Shown here one piece after another: positions 19,934 through 31,508 of a stretch of DNA of 64,000 nucleotides. Each line of letters starts with the position of its first letter. The stretch's first letter is position 1. The notes under the pieces were generated by a model, which made no database searches, was not told the origin of the DNA, and saw nothing but the letters and a program-made list of their open reading frames with translations. Source of the stretch: Alphaproteobacteria bacterium (lineage in GTDB: Bacteria > Pseudomonadota > Alphaproteobacteria > UBA828); the NCBI GenBank assembly GCA_965220745.1, contig CBDCQT010000010.1, forward strand, positions 640,001 to 704,000, written 5' to 3'. The position numbers were made by a program, and so were the translations under genes.

Positions 19934-20941
19934 TTACTCTCCGGCGCTGAACGCGCGGATTACCTCATCGCGGGCGAAGCGCGGCACCGCACCGCCTGAC
20001 TCGAATCTAACGCCACTTCCCGTTTGGACGCGGGCGATAGGTGCGCAGGCGAAACCCTCGGCGGTGAGCGTTGCCAGCGCTTCCTCGGCGCTGTCGGCGG
20101 GGAAGGCCGCAAGCAGGGCGCCGGAGGCGAGCAGCCCCCAGGGGTCAATGCCGAGCGCCTCCGACAGGATGCGGCCCGGCTCGTACCAGAGCACGGCGTC
20201 GGACGAGACCACGAGCTCGACGCCCGCCGTCTCCGCCATCTCATAGAGCCCGGCGGAGAGCCCGCCCTCGGTGGGGTCGTGCATGGCGGAGGCCCCAAGC
20301 GTCGTGGCACCGAGCGCGGCATCCACCACCGAGATGCCGGGGTCGCTCAGCGCGTCCTCGGCCTCCGCCAGAGTCGCGGCGGCAACCTTGCCCTCCAGTT
20401 GTGCGCGCGCCTCGGCTGCGAGCACGGCGGCGCCCTCCACCGGCGCAGGGCCGATCTGCACCACCACATGCCCCGGCTCCAGCGCGGCGGTGCGGGCGAA
20501 GTTGCCGTCCTGCCGGAGCCCCAACATGTGGCCCACGACCACGGTGCGTCGGACTGCGTCGGTAACCTCGACATGTCCGCCCACCAGCACGGCGTCGATA
20601 TCCGCCAGCGCCTCGTGCATGCGCCGATAGAGCGCGCGCACCGCGTCCTCCGTGATCCCCGGCGGCAGCAGGACCGTCGCCAAGAACCAACGGGGCCTGG
20701 CGCCCATGACCGCGATGTCGTTCGCGTTCACCAGCACCGCGTGGGCGCCGACATCCTGTCCGGTCAGCGTCACCGGGTCGCTGGCGGCGATCAAGGCGCC
20801 CCGCTGCACGGCGACGACGCCCGCGTCCTCGCCCACCGTCGGCGGCAGCAGCAGCTCGGGCGGCACGGGTCGCCCTGTCACCAGCACCTCGGCCAGCAAT
20901 TCCGGCGGCAACTTGCCGACTTCGAGAACTTCGTCGCTCAT
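19934..20941 (-). CDS. AIR synthase-related (PurM-like/HypE-like) protein
   Basis: GKLP, GEDAG, SDP, NANDIAVMGARP, GGH.EVT, MHDPTEGG. Confidence 0.8.
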   Translation of the reverse strand: MSDEVLEVGKLPPELLAEVLVTGRPVPPELLLPPTVGEDAGVVAVQRGALIAASDPVTLTGQDVGAHAVLVNANDIAVMGARPRWFLATVLLPPGITEDAVRALYRRMHEALADIDAVLVGGHVEVTDAVRRTVVVGHMLGLRQDGNFARTAALEPGHVVVQIGPAPVEGAAVLAAEARAQLEGKVAAATLAEAEDALSDPGISVVDAALGATTLGASAMHDPTEGGLSAGLYEMAETAGVELVVSSDAVLWYEPGRILSEALGIDPWGLLASGALLAAFPADSAEEALATLTAEGFACAPIARVQTGSGVRFESGGAVPRFARDEVIRAFSAGE

Positions 20942-21122
20942 TCCGCAGGGCTCACACGCTTAGCCGCTACCGGCGGCCACGGCAGCGGCATGTAACAGAC
21001 GCGCGCAGAATGCGCCACCGCACACCGCTTGCGCTGGCTTGTCGTGCAGGAAGCACCTCCTCTTGGCCGACTGGAGAAAGGGGACATGAAAGCGGTCTAA
21101 TACGAGGTCATATCGGAGCTTG

Positions 21123-21152
21123 AATATCGTCTAATATACTCTAATATAGTCT
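21123..21152 (+). repeat. Three 10-bp AT-rich tandem repeats immediately upstream of fic
   Basis: AATATCGTCT/AATATACTCT/AATATAGTCT. Confidence 0.6.
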
Positions 21153-21155
21153 CTT

Positions 21156-22388
21156 ATGGTCAACTCTCCAGCAGACATGAAACCGGACATGCGAGTATCA
21201 GACCGCGGCGAATCGGTGGCGTTGATGGAGCCGTTGGTCGTGGCCGAAGGCTCGCCGCACCGCACCGGATTGACCGACCTCGCGGTGGAGCTGGCCGGCA
21301 AGGCGGCGGGATTTCGTCGTAGCCTGCCCGAGGGCGTGCTCGCCGCGCTGGCCGATCTCGTGCGGGCCATGAACTGCTACTACAGCAACCTGATCGAGGG
21401 CCACGACACGCACCCGGTCGATATCGAGCGCGCGCTGCGGGACGATTACAGCGCCGATGCCGGCAAGCGCAATCTTCAGCTCGAAGCCAGGGCCCACATC
21501 GCCGTCCAGGCGTGGATCGACCGAGGCGGGTTGGCGGATCGCGCCGCGACCCGCGACGGCCTGGTCGACATCCATCGGCGCTTCTGCGAGGCGGTCCCCG
21601 ACGACCTGCTCCGGGCAGAAGACCCGGCAACCGGCGAGAGCGTCGCCGTGGTCCCCGGCGCGCTCCGCGAGCACGACGTCAAGGTGGGCCACCATGTGCC
21701 GGTCAGTCCGGGCGCGCTGCCGCGCTTCCTGGAACGCTTCGAGATGGCCTACACCGGGCTGGGCAGGACGGACAGCATTCTGGCCGCCGCCGCCGCCCAC
21801 CATCGCCTTCTCTGGCTTCACCCGTTCCTGGACGGCAACGGCCGCGTTGCGCGACTGATGTCCCACGCGATGCTGCTGGAGAGCCTGGATACCGGCGGCG
21901 TCTGGTCCATCGCCCGCGGTTTCGCCCGCAGCGAAGACACCTACAAGGGCCAGCTCATGGCCTGCGACGCGACGCGGCGCAACGACCTCGACGGACGAGG
22001 TCACCTGAGCGAAGAGGCGCTGGCCGGGTTCACGCGCTTCTTCCTGAGCACGTGCATCGATCAGGTCGACTTCATGGAAGGCCTCGTGCAGCCGGACCGT
22101 CTGCGTCATCGCATCCTGATCTGGGCCGAGGAGGAGATCAGGGCCGGCGCCCTGCCGCCCAAGTCCGGCGCCGTTCTCCAGGCCATCCTTTATCGGGGCG
22201 ACCTTCCCCGAGGCGAGGTCTCTCAGCTATTGGGTACAGGCGAGCGTCAGGCACGGCGCGTCACCGCGGCGCTCGTCGGGCAAGACGTTCTGGCCTCCGA
22301 CAGCTCGCGCGCACCGCTCCGCCTTGCCTTCCCCGCCAGGCTCGCCTCGCGCTGGCTGCCGGGGCTGTTCCCCGACAAGGAGCCGTAG
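21156..22388 (+). CDS. Fic family protein with N-terminal inhibitory motif and C-terminal HTH (start may be 21177 or 21189)
   Basis: HPFLDGNGRVAR catalytic motif; SNLIEG inhibitory helix motif; C-terminal wHTH-like RGEVSQLLGTGERQARR. Confidence 0.9.
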   Translation: MVNSPADMKPDMRVSDRGESVALMEPLVVAEGSPHRTGLTDLAVELAGKAAGFRRSLPEGVLAALADLVRAMNCYYSNLIEGHDTHPVDIERALRDDYSADAGKRNLQLEARAHIAVQAWIDRGGLADRAATRDGLVDIHRRFCEAVPDDLLRAEDPATGESVAVVPGALREHDVKVGHHVPVSPGALPRFLERFEMAYTGLGRTDSILAAAAAHHRLLWLHPFLDGNGRVARLMSHAMLLESLDTGGVWSIARGFARSEDTYKGQLMACDATRRNDLDGRGHLSEEALAGFTRFFLSTCIDQVDFMEGLVQPDRLRHRILIWAEEEIRAGALPPKSGAVLQAILYRGDLPRGEVSQLLGTGERQARRVTAALVGQDVLASDSSRAPLRLAFPARLASRWLPGLFPDKEP

Positions 22389-22537
22389 GACCCCCGCGCG
22401 AACTCGTTTGGCACCGCCCGCCGGTGCTTGCCTGCGGCACGGGATGGGCGCATTGTGGCGCCGGCTCGCGGAGGGCGTGCGCGGCGACGGCGCGGAAGGC
22501 TCTCGTGCGGGCACATCCCCCGGCAGGAGTCTCGACC

Positions 22538-23866
22538 ATGGCGTATCCCGATCCGCACTCGCGTTCAGCCGTGCTCGGCGCGCGGGCGCGCGCGGTGTTC
22601 CCCGGCGGCGGCACGCGCGGCCTCACGCAGCTCTCGCCCTATCCCATCTACGCGCGCGAGGCCCAGGGCTGCCGCGTTACCGACGTGGACGGGGTGGAGC
22701 GGATCGACTTCATCAACAACTACACGGTCCAGCTCTTCGGCCACTCGCACCCGGCCATCGTCGAGGCGGTGGTGACGCAGGCCGAGCGCTTCATGTCGCT
22801 CACGCTCGCGACCGAGAGCGAGATCGAGCTGGGCGAGGCGATCTGCGGCCTGGCGCCGTCGCTCCAGCACATCCGCTTCACCAATACTGGCACCGAGGCG
22901 GTGATGCACGCCATCAAGGGTGCGCGGGCCTTAACCGGGCGGCCGAAGATCGCCAAGTGCGAGGGCGTCTACCACGGCGCTTACGACTACGCCGAGGCGA
23001 GCCTGGACCCGGACCCGCAGAACTGGGGCACCGACCGGCCGCGCCCGGTGGGCTACGCCAAGGCCACGCCCGCCGGGTTGCTGCAGGATGCTGTGATCAT
23101 TCCCTTCAACGACGTGGCGGGGACTCGCGCGATCCTGGAGCGCCATGCCGACGAGCTCGCGGCCGTGCTGATCGACCTGGTGCCGGCCCGCTGCGGCGGC
23201 GCACCGATGAGCCCTGCCTATATCGAGATGCTGCACGAGTTCCGCCGCTCGTCCGGTGCGCTCATCATCGACGACGAGGTAATCACCTTCCGCCTGCACG
23301 AGCGTGGCGCCCAGACCCTCTACGGGCTCGAGCCGGACCTCACCACCCTCGGCAAGGTGATCGGCGGCGGGCTCCCCATCGGCGCGGTGGCGGGCACCGA
23401 GGAGGCGATGGCGGTCTACGACAGCAGCGCGGGCAAGGCCGCCTGCCCGCAGTCCGGCACCTTCACGGCCAATCCGCTCTCCATGGCCGCAGGCGTTGCG
23501 GCGATGCGCATGTTCACGGCCGAGAACGTCGAGCGGTTGAATGCGCTCGGCGAGAGCGCCCGCGCCAAGTTGCGCGAGGCCTTCCGCATCGCCGGCTGCG
23601 AGGGGCAGATCACCGGCGAGGGCTCGCTCATTCTCTTCCACATGAGCGACGAGCCGCTCACCGATTACCGCGCGGTCTATCGCGCAGGCACCGACGGGCG
23701 GGCGCGGAGGCTCGATGCGCTCTTCCGCGCGCTGCTCAACCACGGCGTCGTGACCTCGGTCTCCGGCATGGCGTGCCTCTCCACCCCGATGGAGGAGGCG
23801 GAGATCGACCACTTTGCCGACGCCGTACTGGCGAGCCTGCGCACGGTCGAGCGCGAGGCCGCCTGA
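22538..23866 (+). CDS. Class III aminotransferase (glutamate-1-semialdehyde aminomutase-like)
   Basis: FTNTGTEA, EGVYHG, DEVITFR, TTLGKVIGGGLPIGA, SGTFTANP; AGGAG RBS. Confidence 0.85.
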   Translation: MAYPDPHSRSAVLGARARAVFPGGGTRGLTQLSPYPIYAREAQGCRVTDVDGVERIDFINNYTVQLFGHSHPAIVEAVVTQAERFMSLTLATESEIELGEAICGLAPSLQHIRFTNTGTEAVMHAIKGARALTGRPKIAKCEGVYHGAYDYAEASLDPDPQNWGTDRPRPVGYAKATPAGLLQDAVIIPFNDVAGTRAILERHADELAAVLIDLVPARCGGAPMSPAYIEMLHEFRRSSGALIIDDEVITFRLHERGAQTLYGLEPDLTTLGKVIGGGLPIGAVAGTEEAMAVYDSSAGKAACPQSGTFTANPLSMAAGVAAMRMFTAENVERLNALGESARAKLREAFRIAGCEGQITGEGSLILFHMSDEPLTDYRAVYRAGTDGRARRLDALFRALLNHGVVTSVSGMACLSTPMEEAEIDHFADAVLASLRTVEREAA

Positions 23867-23895
23867 AGGTCACGCGGCCCGAGCCGCCCCGCGCC

Positions 23896-24231
23896 ATGAC
23901 CCGCCGCGTGCTCTGCCAGCTCGACGAGATTCCCGATCCCGGCTCCAGGGGCTTCGACTTTCGCGAGGGCGATGATCTGCGCTCGGTCTTCGTCGTGCGT
24001 GCCGGCGACACGGTGCGGGCCTACGAAAATTCGTGCCCACACACCGCTGGTCCGCTCGACTGGGTGCCGGACCAGTTCCTCACCCGCGAGAAGGACATGA
24101 TCCTCTGCGCCACCCACGGCGCGCTCTTCCGCATCGAGGACGGGCACTGCCTCTCCGGCCCCTGCATCGGCGAGGATCTCAAGGCGCTCCCGGTCTTCAT
24201 CGAGCGCGGCGCAGTCGCGGTGGAGTTCTAA
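23896..24231 (+). CDS. Rieske [2Fe-2S] ferredoxin
   Basis: NSCPH...CATHGALF...GPC. Confidence 0.85.
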   Translation: MTRRVLCQLDEIPDPGSRGFDFREGDDLRSVFVVRAGDTVRAYENSCPHTAGPLDWVPDQFLTREKDMILCATHGALFRIEDGHCLSGPCIGEDLKALPVFIERGAVAVEF

Positions 24232-24293
24232 CCGTATATAATCCGGCCGCGCCGAGACGGTCGGCCAATCCTTGAGGGAGGCGTTGCGCCACG

Positions 24294-26237
<1,944 letters not shown>

Positions 26238-26273
26238 AGCTATCGCATCGCGCGCCGCCGGCGGCCCGGACTC

Positions 26274-27794
26274 ATGCCTGACCCCACCGACATCCACGCG
26301 CTTCTGGAGCGCGGCGGGCGCGAGGACATCGCCATCGCGGCGCCGGAGCAGGAGCCGCTGACGTATAGCGGCTTGCGCGAGCAGGTCGGCCGAACGGGCG
26401 ATGCGCTCGGCCAAGCCGGGATCGGGCCGGGCGATCGGGTGGCCATCGTGCTCCCCAACGGGCCGGAGATGGCGGCGGCCTTCCTCGCAACCGCCGCGCA
26501 CGCCACGGCGGCGCCGCTCAACCCCGCCTACCGGGTGGACGAGTTCGCCTTCTACCTCGAAGACCTGCGGGCCAAGGCGCTGATCCTGGAGACGGGCGCG
26601 GAGAGCCCGGCCATCGAGGCGGCGGAGCGCGTGGGCGTGCCGATCATCGGGCTGACGCCGGACAGCGGTGCGGGTGCCGGCACTTTCACCCTCGATGCAT
26701 CGTCGGGCGCAGCGACGGAGGGTGACGGGAGCGGCAGGGACGATGCCGCATTAGTGCTCCACACCTCGGGCACCACTTCGCGGCCCAAGATCGTGCCGCT
26801 CACCGGCGCGAACCTCTGCGCCTCGGCACGCAACATCGCGAACTGGATCTCGCTGGAGCCGGGCGACCGCTGCCTCAACATCATGCCGCTCTTCCACATC
26901 CACGGGCTGATGGCGGGCGTGATGGCCTCGCTGTACGCGGGCGCCTGCGTGATCTGCACGCCGGGCTTTAACGCGCTCCGCGTCTTCGCCTGGCTCGACG
27001 AGACGGTGCCCACCTGGCTCACAGCCGTGCCCACCATGCACCAGGCGATCCTCGCGCGGGCTGCGCGCAACAAGGAGATCGTGGCGCGCCGCAGGCTCCG
27101 ACTGCTGCGCTCCTCCTCCTCCTCGCTGCCGGCGCCGGTGATGGAGGAGCTTGAGGCGACCTTCGATGCGCCGGTGATCGAGTCCTACGGCATGACCGAG
27201 GCCTCCCACCAGATGACCAGCAACCCGATGCCGCCGGCCGAGCGCAGGCCGGGCGGGGTGGGGATCGCCGCCGGGCCGGAGGTCGCGATCATGGACGAGG
27301 CCGGCGCGCTGCAGGCGCCGGACAGCGTGGGCGAGGTGGTGATCCGCGGCCCCAACGTCACCCACGGCTACGAAAACAACTTGGAGGCCAACGCGGCGGC
27401 GTTCTCGAACGGCTGGTTCCGCACCGGCGACCAGGGCGTGATCGACGGGGCCGGCTATCTCACGCTCACCGGCCGGCTCAAGGAGATCATCAACCGGGGC
27501 GGCGAGAAGATCGCGCCGCGAGAGGTGGACGATGTGCTGATGGGCCACCCGGCGGTAGCGCAGGCGGTGGCCTTCGCCGTGCCGCACCAAAAACTCGGCG
27601 AGGACGTGGCGGCGGTGATCGTGCTGCGCGAGGGCGCCAAGGCGGGCGAGCGGGAGCTCCGCGCCTTCGCCAGCGAGTCGCTCGCGGACTTCAAGGTGCC
27701 GCGCACGATCCTCTTCCGCGACGAGATTCCCAAGGGCGCGACCGGCAAGCTGCAGCGCATCGGCCTCGCCGAGAAGCTGGGCATCACGTCGTGA
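26274..27794 (+). CDS. Acyl-CoA synthetase, oxalate--CoA ligase-like
   Basis: LHTSGTTSRPK, PLFHIHGL, AVPTMHQ, YGMTEASHQMTSNP, INRGGEKI, PKGATGKLQR; translationally coupled to a PanE-like gene. Confidence 0.8.
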   Translation: MPDPTDIHALLERGGREDIAIAAPEQEPLTYSGLREQVGRTGDALGQAGIGPGDRVAIVLPNGPEMAAAFLATAAHATAAPLNPAYRVDEFAFYLEDLRAKALILETGAESPAIEAAERVGVPIIGLTPDSGAGAGTFTLDASSGAATEGDGSGRDDAALVLHTSGTTSRPKIVPLTGANLCASARNIANWISLEPGDRCLNIMPLFHIHGLMAGVMASLYAGACVICTPGFNALRVFAWLDETVPTWLTAVPTMHQAILARAARNKEIVARRRLRLLRSSSSSLPAPVMEELEATFDAPVIESYGMTEASHQMTSNPMPPAERRPGGVGIAAGPEVAIMDEAGALQAPDSVGEVVIRGPNVTHGYENNLEANAAAFSNGWFRTGDQGVIDGAGYLTLTGRLKEIINRGGEKIAPREVDDVLMGHPAVAQAVAFAVPHQKLGEDVAAVIVLREGAKAGERELRAFASESLADFKVPRTILFRDEIPKGATGKLQRIGLAEKLGITS

Positions 27795-28780
27795 AGATCT
27801 GCATTGTCGGTGCCGGGGCCATCGGCGCCTATTTCGGCCTGGAGCTTGCGGAAGGCGGCGCGGAGGTCTCGCTGATCGCGCGCGGGCCCCATCTCGCGGC
27901 CATGCAGGCGGGCGGCGTGCGCGTGCGCGCCGGCGGCAAGGAGCGCAGGGCCGAGATTCGCGCGACCGACGACCCGGCGGAGCTCGGCCCGCAGGACGCC
28001 GTCATCATCACCCTGAAGGCGCACTCGGTGTCGGGCATCTGCGAACGTTTGCTGCCGCTGCTCGGGCCGGAGACCGCGGTGGTCACGGCGTCCAACGGCA
28101 TCCCCTGGTGGTACTTTCACAAGCTGGAGGGGCCCTACGAGGGCCGGCGTATCGCCGCCGTGGACCCCGACGGCACCCAGTGGGAGCTGATCGGGCCGGA
28201 GCGCGCCATCGGCTGCGTCATCTTCGCGGCGGGCGAGATCGTCGAGCCCGGCGTGATCGAGATATCCGGCCATCTCAGCCAGAAGCGCCTGCCCTTCGGC
28301 GAGCCGGACGGGTCGCGCAGCGAGCGGGTGCAGGCGCTGAGCCGGGCCTTCATCGCCGCCGGCTTCAAGTCGCCGGTGCGGCCCGACATCCGCTCGGATA
28401 TCTGGGTCAAGCTCTGGGGCAACCTCGCCTTCAACCCGGTGAGCGCGCTCACGGGCGCCACGCTGGAGGACATCGCGCGCGACGCCGGCACCCGCGCCGT
28501 GGTCCGCGCCATGATGGCGGAGGGGCAAGCGGTGGGCGAGGCGCTGGGCGCGCGCTTCGCCATCGACGTGGACAAGCGCATCGAAGGCGCCGAGCAGGTG
28601 GGCGCGCACCGCACCTCGATGCTTCAGGACCTCAACCTGGGCCGGCCAATGGAGACCGAGGCGCTGGTCGGCGTGATCGCCGAGCTCGGCCGCCTGGTGG
28701 GCGTGCCGACGCCTGCCATCGACATGGTCTACGCGCTGGTAAAGCAGCGCGCGGTGGAAGCGGGGTGCCTGCCGGCGTGA
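27791..28780 (+). CDS. 2-dehydropantoate 2-reductase family protein (PanE2/oxalyl-CoA reductase-like)
   Basis: GAGAIG, NGIPWWYF, IWVKLWGNLAFNPVSALT, HRTSMLQD. Confidence 0.82.
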   Translation: MKICIVGAGAIGAYFGLELAEGGAEVSLIARGPHLAAMQAGGVRVRAGGKERRAEIRATDDPAELGPQDAVIITLKAHSVSGICERLLPLLGPETAVVTASNGIPWWYFHKLEGPYEGRRIAAVDPDGTQWELIGPERAIGCVIFAAGEIVEPGVIEISGHLSQKRLPFGEPDGSRSERVQALSRAFIAAGFKSPVRPDIRSDIWVKLWGNLAFNPVSALTGATLEDIARDAGTRAVVRAMMAEGQAVGEALGARFAIDVDKRIEGAEQVGAHRTSMLQDLNLGRPMETEALVGVIAELGRLVGVPTPAIDMVYALVKQRAVEAGCLPA

Positions 28781-28876
28781 GCCTCTATCAATTGCTCGAC
28801 CTTTGGCAATATTATCAGACATGGAATTCCAAGATGGTCACACCAAGATAATGTAAACTCAACTTTGATGCGTTGT

Positions 28877-29095
28877 TTATTTATCGTGACCTAGTTTCTT
28901 TATTTCGTCTTCAATAGCGTTCAAGGTAAATTCATCGCAACGTCTGTCAGGCCCCTCGGATGGAACGAAAAAATAGTGACCCTTTCGGGTCACCCATAGT
29001 TCCGCTGTCTTCAGTACAGTGCCTGTTGGCTTGCATCCCAGTTGGCCGAGTCTTGTTTCAACTTCCTCGCGCGCGCACAACCGGACCGAGATCAT
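28877..29095 (-). CDS. Small hypothetical protein, HicA-like alpha-beta-beta-beta-alpha pattern (72 aa)
   Basis: REEVETRLGQLG-C...LWVT...YFFVP...TLNAIEDEIKKL; starts 4 nt after the stop of the HicB-like ORF; low GC. Confidence 0.5.
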   Translation of the reverse strand: MISVRLCAREEVETRLGQLGCKPTGTVLKTAELWVTRKGHYFFVPSEGPDRRCDEFTLNAIEDEIKKLGHDK

Positions 29096-29099
29096 GCCG

Positions 29100-29399
29100 T
29101 TAGCCGGCCGCGCGCGTAATGGCGAATTGGCCAGTCTGCATCGCCGCAACGACTGGCGTGGGGTCTGGAGAGGGAGCGAGCAGCGCTTCCACCGACGCCA
29201 CCACCGGATGCCACTCGATATCGATGTCGTGGTTCGCCTTGAACAGCATCTGGATCGCTGGCCCTACATCGGCGAACACGGCGTCCCTGTCGGCACCGGA
29301 TAGATGAAGGCCAGGAACGTCGGGGCTTGAAACACGCACGCCACCGTCGCCGCGCTCTTCGCAGACAACGCGGATGATGGCGGTTTCATTGTGATACAT
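29100..29399 (-). CDS. HicB-like/DUF1902-like antitoxin domain protein (99 aa)
   Basis: EERGDGGVRVSSPDVPGLHLSGADRDAVFADV matches the HicB 'G...v..PD.PG....G.t.eea' motif; GGGGAG RBS. Confidence 0.6.
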   Translation of the reverse strand: MYHNETAIIRVVCEERGDGGVRVSSPDVPGLHLSGADRDAVFADVGPAIQMLFKANHDIDIEWHPVVASVEALLAPSPDPTPVVAAMQTGQFAITRAAG

Positions 29400-29549
29400 G
29401 GCGGTCTCCCCTTGCGAGTAGTTTTGACTTTCGCACGTTTAGAACAAAATGCAATACAGAATTCGAACTTCATAAAATATCAATATATATCAATACACTG
29501 GAAACAGTCATAGCGACTCATGAAACGTCACAACAGACAGTATCGGACA

Positions 29550-29598
29550 AAACACGGAAATTGAGATCAATTGAACCAGGAAACTAAATTCCGTGTTT
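29550..29598. repeat. Inverted repeat at the edge of the low-GC island
   Basis: AAACACGGAA (29550-29559) ... TTCCGTGTTT (29589-29598). Confidence 0.5.
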
Positions 29599-29627
29599 CA
29601 GGCCGCATACAAGTGCGCCTTCTAGCC

Positions 29628-31217
29628 TCAAATCCCCAGCGCGCAGCCGTCCTTGCGGGGGTCGGAGCCGCCGGTGAGCACGCCCGAGGCGCGGTCGATC
29701 GCGATGGCCTGACCGCCGCCGTGGGGCATCGCCGCCCACGCGACGTCGTGGCCGAGGGCCGCGAGGCGCCGGGCGGTCGTCTCGGCGATGGTGGTCTCCA
29801 GCGCCATGACGCCGCCGAAGTGGAAAGCGCGGGGGCAGTCTAGCGCCGCCTGCGGATCCATGTCGTAGTCGATCACGTTGGTGAGGAAGTGGGCGTGGCC
29901 GCAGGCCTGGAAGTGTCCGCCCATGACGCCGAAGGGCATCACGGCGTGCTCGCCCTGCCCCACCATGCCGGGAATGATCGTGTGCATGGGCCGCTTGCCG
30001 CCGGCGATGCGGTTGGGGTGGTCCGGGTCGATGACGAAGCTCGCGCCCCGGTTCTGCAGCAGCACGCCCGAGCGCGTGCAGAGGCCGGTGCCGAATGAGG
30101 CGAACAGCGAGTTGATGAAGGAGATCGCGTTGCCCTCGCCATCCACCACGGTGAGGTAGACGGTATCGCCGTGGGCCGGGTAGCCCGGCGGCAGCTCTGG
30201 CGGCATAGCGCGCGCCGGGTCGATGTGGCGGCGCATGGCGTCGGCGTACTGGGTGGAGAGCAGCGCGTCCACCGGCACGCCCACCGCATCGGGGTCGGCG
30301 ATCAGCGCCGCGCGGTCGCGGTAGCCGAGGCGGCTCGCCTCGGCCTCCAGGTGCAGGCGCTCGGCCCCCACCGGGTCGAGCCCAGCAAGCTCGAAGCCTT
30401 CCAGCATGTTGACGATGAGCAGCGCGATGATGCCCTGGCCGTTGGGCGGGCACTCGTAGATGTCGTAGCCCCGGTAGTTGGCGCTGATGGGCTCCACCGC
30501 TTGTGGCTGGAAGGCGGCGAGGTCGTCCGCCGTCATCAGGCTGCCGTGGGCGCCAAGGTGGGTCACGATGTCGTCGGCGATGGCGCCCTTGTAGAACGCG
30601 GCTGCACCCTCCCTCGCGATCAGTCGCAGCGTTTCCGCCAGTTCCGGCAGGCGGTGAAGGTCGCCGGCGGCAGGCGCGCGGCCTGCGGGCAGGTAGATCG
30701 CGCGGGCGTTCTCGCAAGCGTGGAGCTTGTCATCGGCCGCATTCGCCCAGTCGTGGGCGACGCGGCTGTGGACCACGAAGCCCTCCTCGGCGTAGCGGAT
30801 GGCGGGCTGCAGCACCTCGTCGAGACCCTTGGTGCCGTGGTCCGCGAGCAGCCGCTCCCAGGTGCCGACCGCGCCCGGCACGGTGACGGCGTGCGCGCTT
30901 TCGAAGCAGATGGCGTCGATGCCCCGCTCTCTGAACCAGTCCACGCTCGCCGCAGCCGGCGCAGGACCTGAGCCGTTGATGGCATAGGGCGGCACCCGGC
31001 CGCCTGGGGCGTAGAGCGCGAAGCAGTCGCCGCCGATGCCGGTGGACTGCGGCTCGACCACGCCTTGCACGGCGCAGGCCGCGATCGCGGCATCCACGGC
31101 GTTGCCGCCCGCGCGCAGAATCTCGATGGCGGTAGCGGTGGCGAGTGGATGCGAGGTCGCCGCCATGCCGCGCGTGCCGTGGACCATGGACCGCCCCGGA
31201 TGCTGAAAATCCCTCAT
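29628..31217 (-). CDS. ggt: Gamma-glutamyltransferase
   Basis: GGNAVDAAIA, TGIGGD, PPNGQG, autocleavage site HGD-TVYLTVVD, QNRG, KRPMHTIIP, GVMGG, DPRKDG. Confidence 0.92.
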   Translation of the reverse strand: MRDFQHPGRSMVHGTRGMAATSHPLATATAIEILRAGGNAVDAAIAACAVQGVVEPQSTGIGGDCFALYAPGGRVPPYAINGSGPAPAAASVDWFRERGIDAICFESAHAVTVPGAVGTWERLLADHGTKGLDEVLQPAIRYAEEGFVVHSRVAHDWANAADDKLHACENARAIYLPAGRAPAAGDLHRLPELAETLRLIAREGAAAFYKGAIADDIVTHLGAHGSLMTADDLAAFQPQAVEPISANYRGYDIYECPPNGQGIIALLIVNMLEGFELAGLDPVGAERLHLEAEASRLGYRDRAALIADPDAVGVPVDALLSTQYADAMRRHIDPARAMPPELPPGYPAHGDTVYLTVVDGEGNAISFINSLFASFGTGLCTRSGVLLQNRGASFVIDPDHPNRIAGGKRPMHTIIPGMVGQGEHAVMPFGVMGGHFQACGHAHFLTNVIDYDMDPQAALDCPRAFHFGGVMALETTIAETTARRLAALGHDVAWAAMPHGGGQAIAIDRASGVLTGGSDPRKDGCALGI

Positions 31218-31508
31218 CGGCCGAACCCTCTCGCCTGTGCGCCGCCGCGATCGCCGCGCTGCCGAGTTTGTAGACCCTTTGGCGCGCTCGCGAAACGCCC
31301 GCGGCCCTTCACGAACTGTTGCACGGTCGAAGCCGGCGCTCGCATGGCGAGTGCGGGCGAAGCTTGTTAGTGTCGCTCGCGCGTGCTGGGCCCGATCGGC
31401 ATTCTTGCGAAGAGCGCCGCCCGGGCCAATATCAATGGCAACAAGGCGCGCGACGCCATCGCGCGCGGAACGTTACGCGACAAGAACCGCAACGCGGGGG
31501 TGAAGATT

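Noticed and set aside
21512-23866. 784-aa ORF suggesting a long N-terminal extension on the aminotransferase
   Set aside because: The extension is an alternative-frame read through the fic gene; the real start is the ATG at 22538 with an AGGAG RBS.
29441-29456. Possible alphaproteobacterial LexA box upstream of the HicB-like gene
   Set aside because: Only one GAAC half-site is present (GAACAAAATGCAATA); it does not fit GAAC-N7-GAAC.
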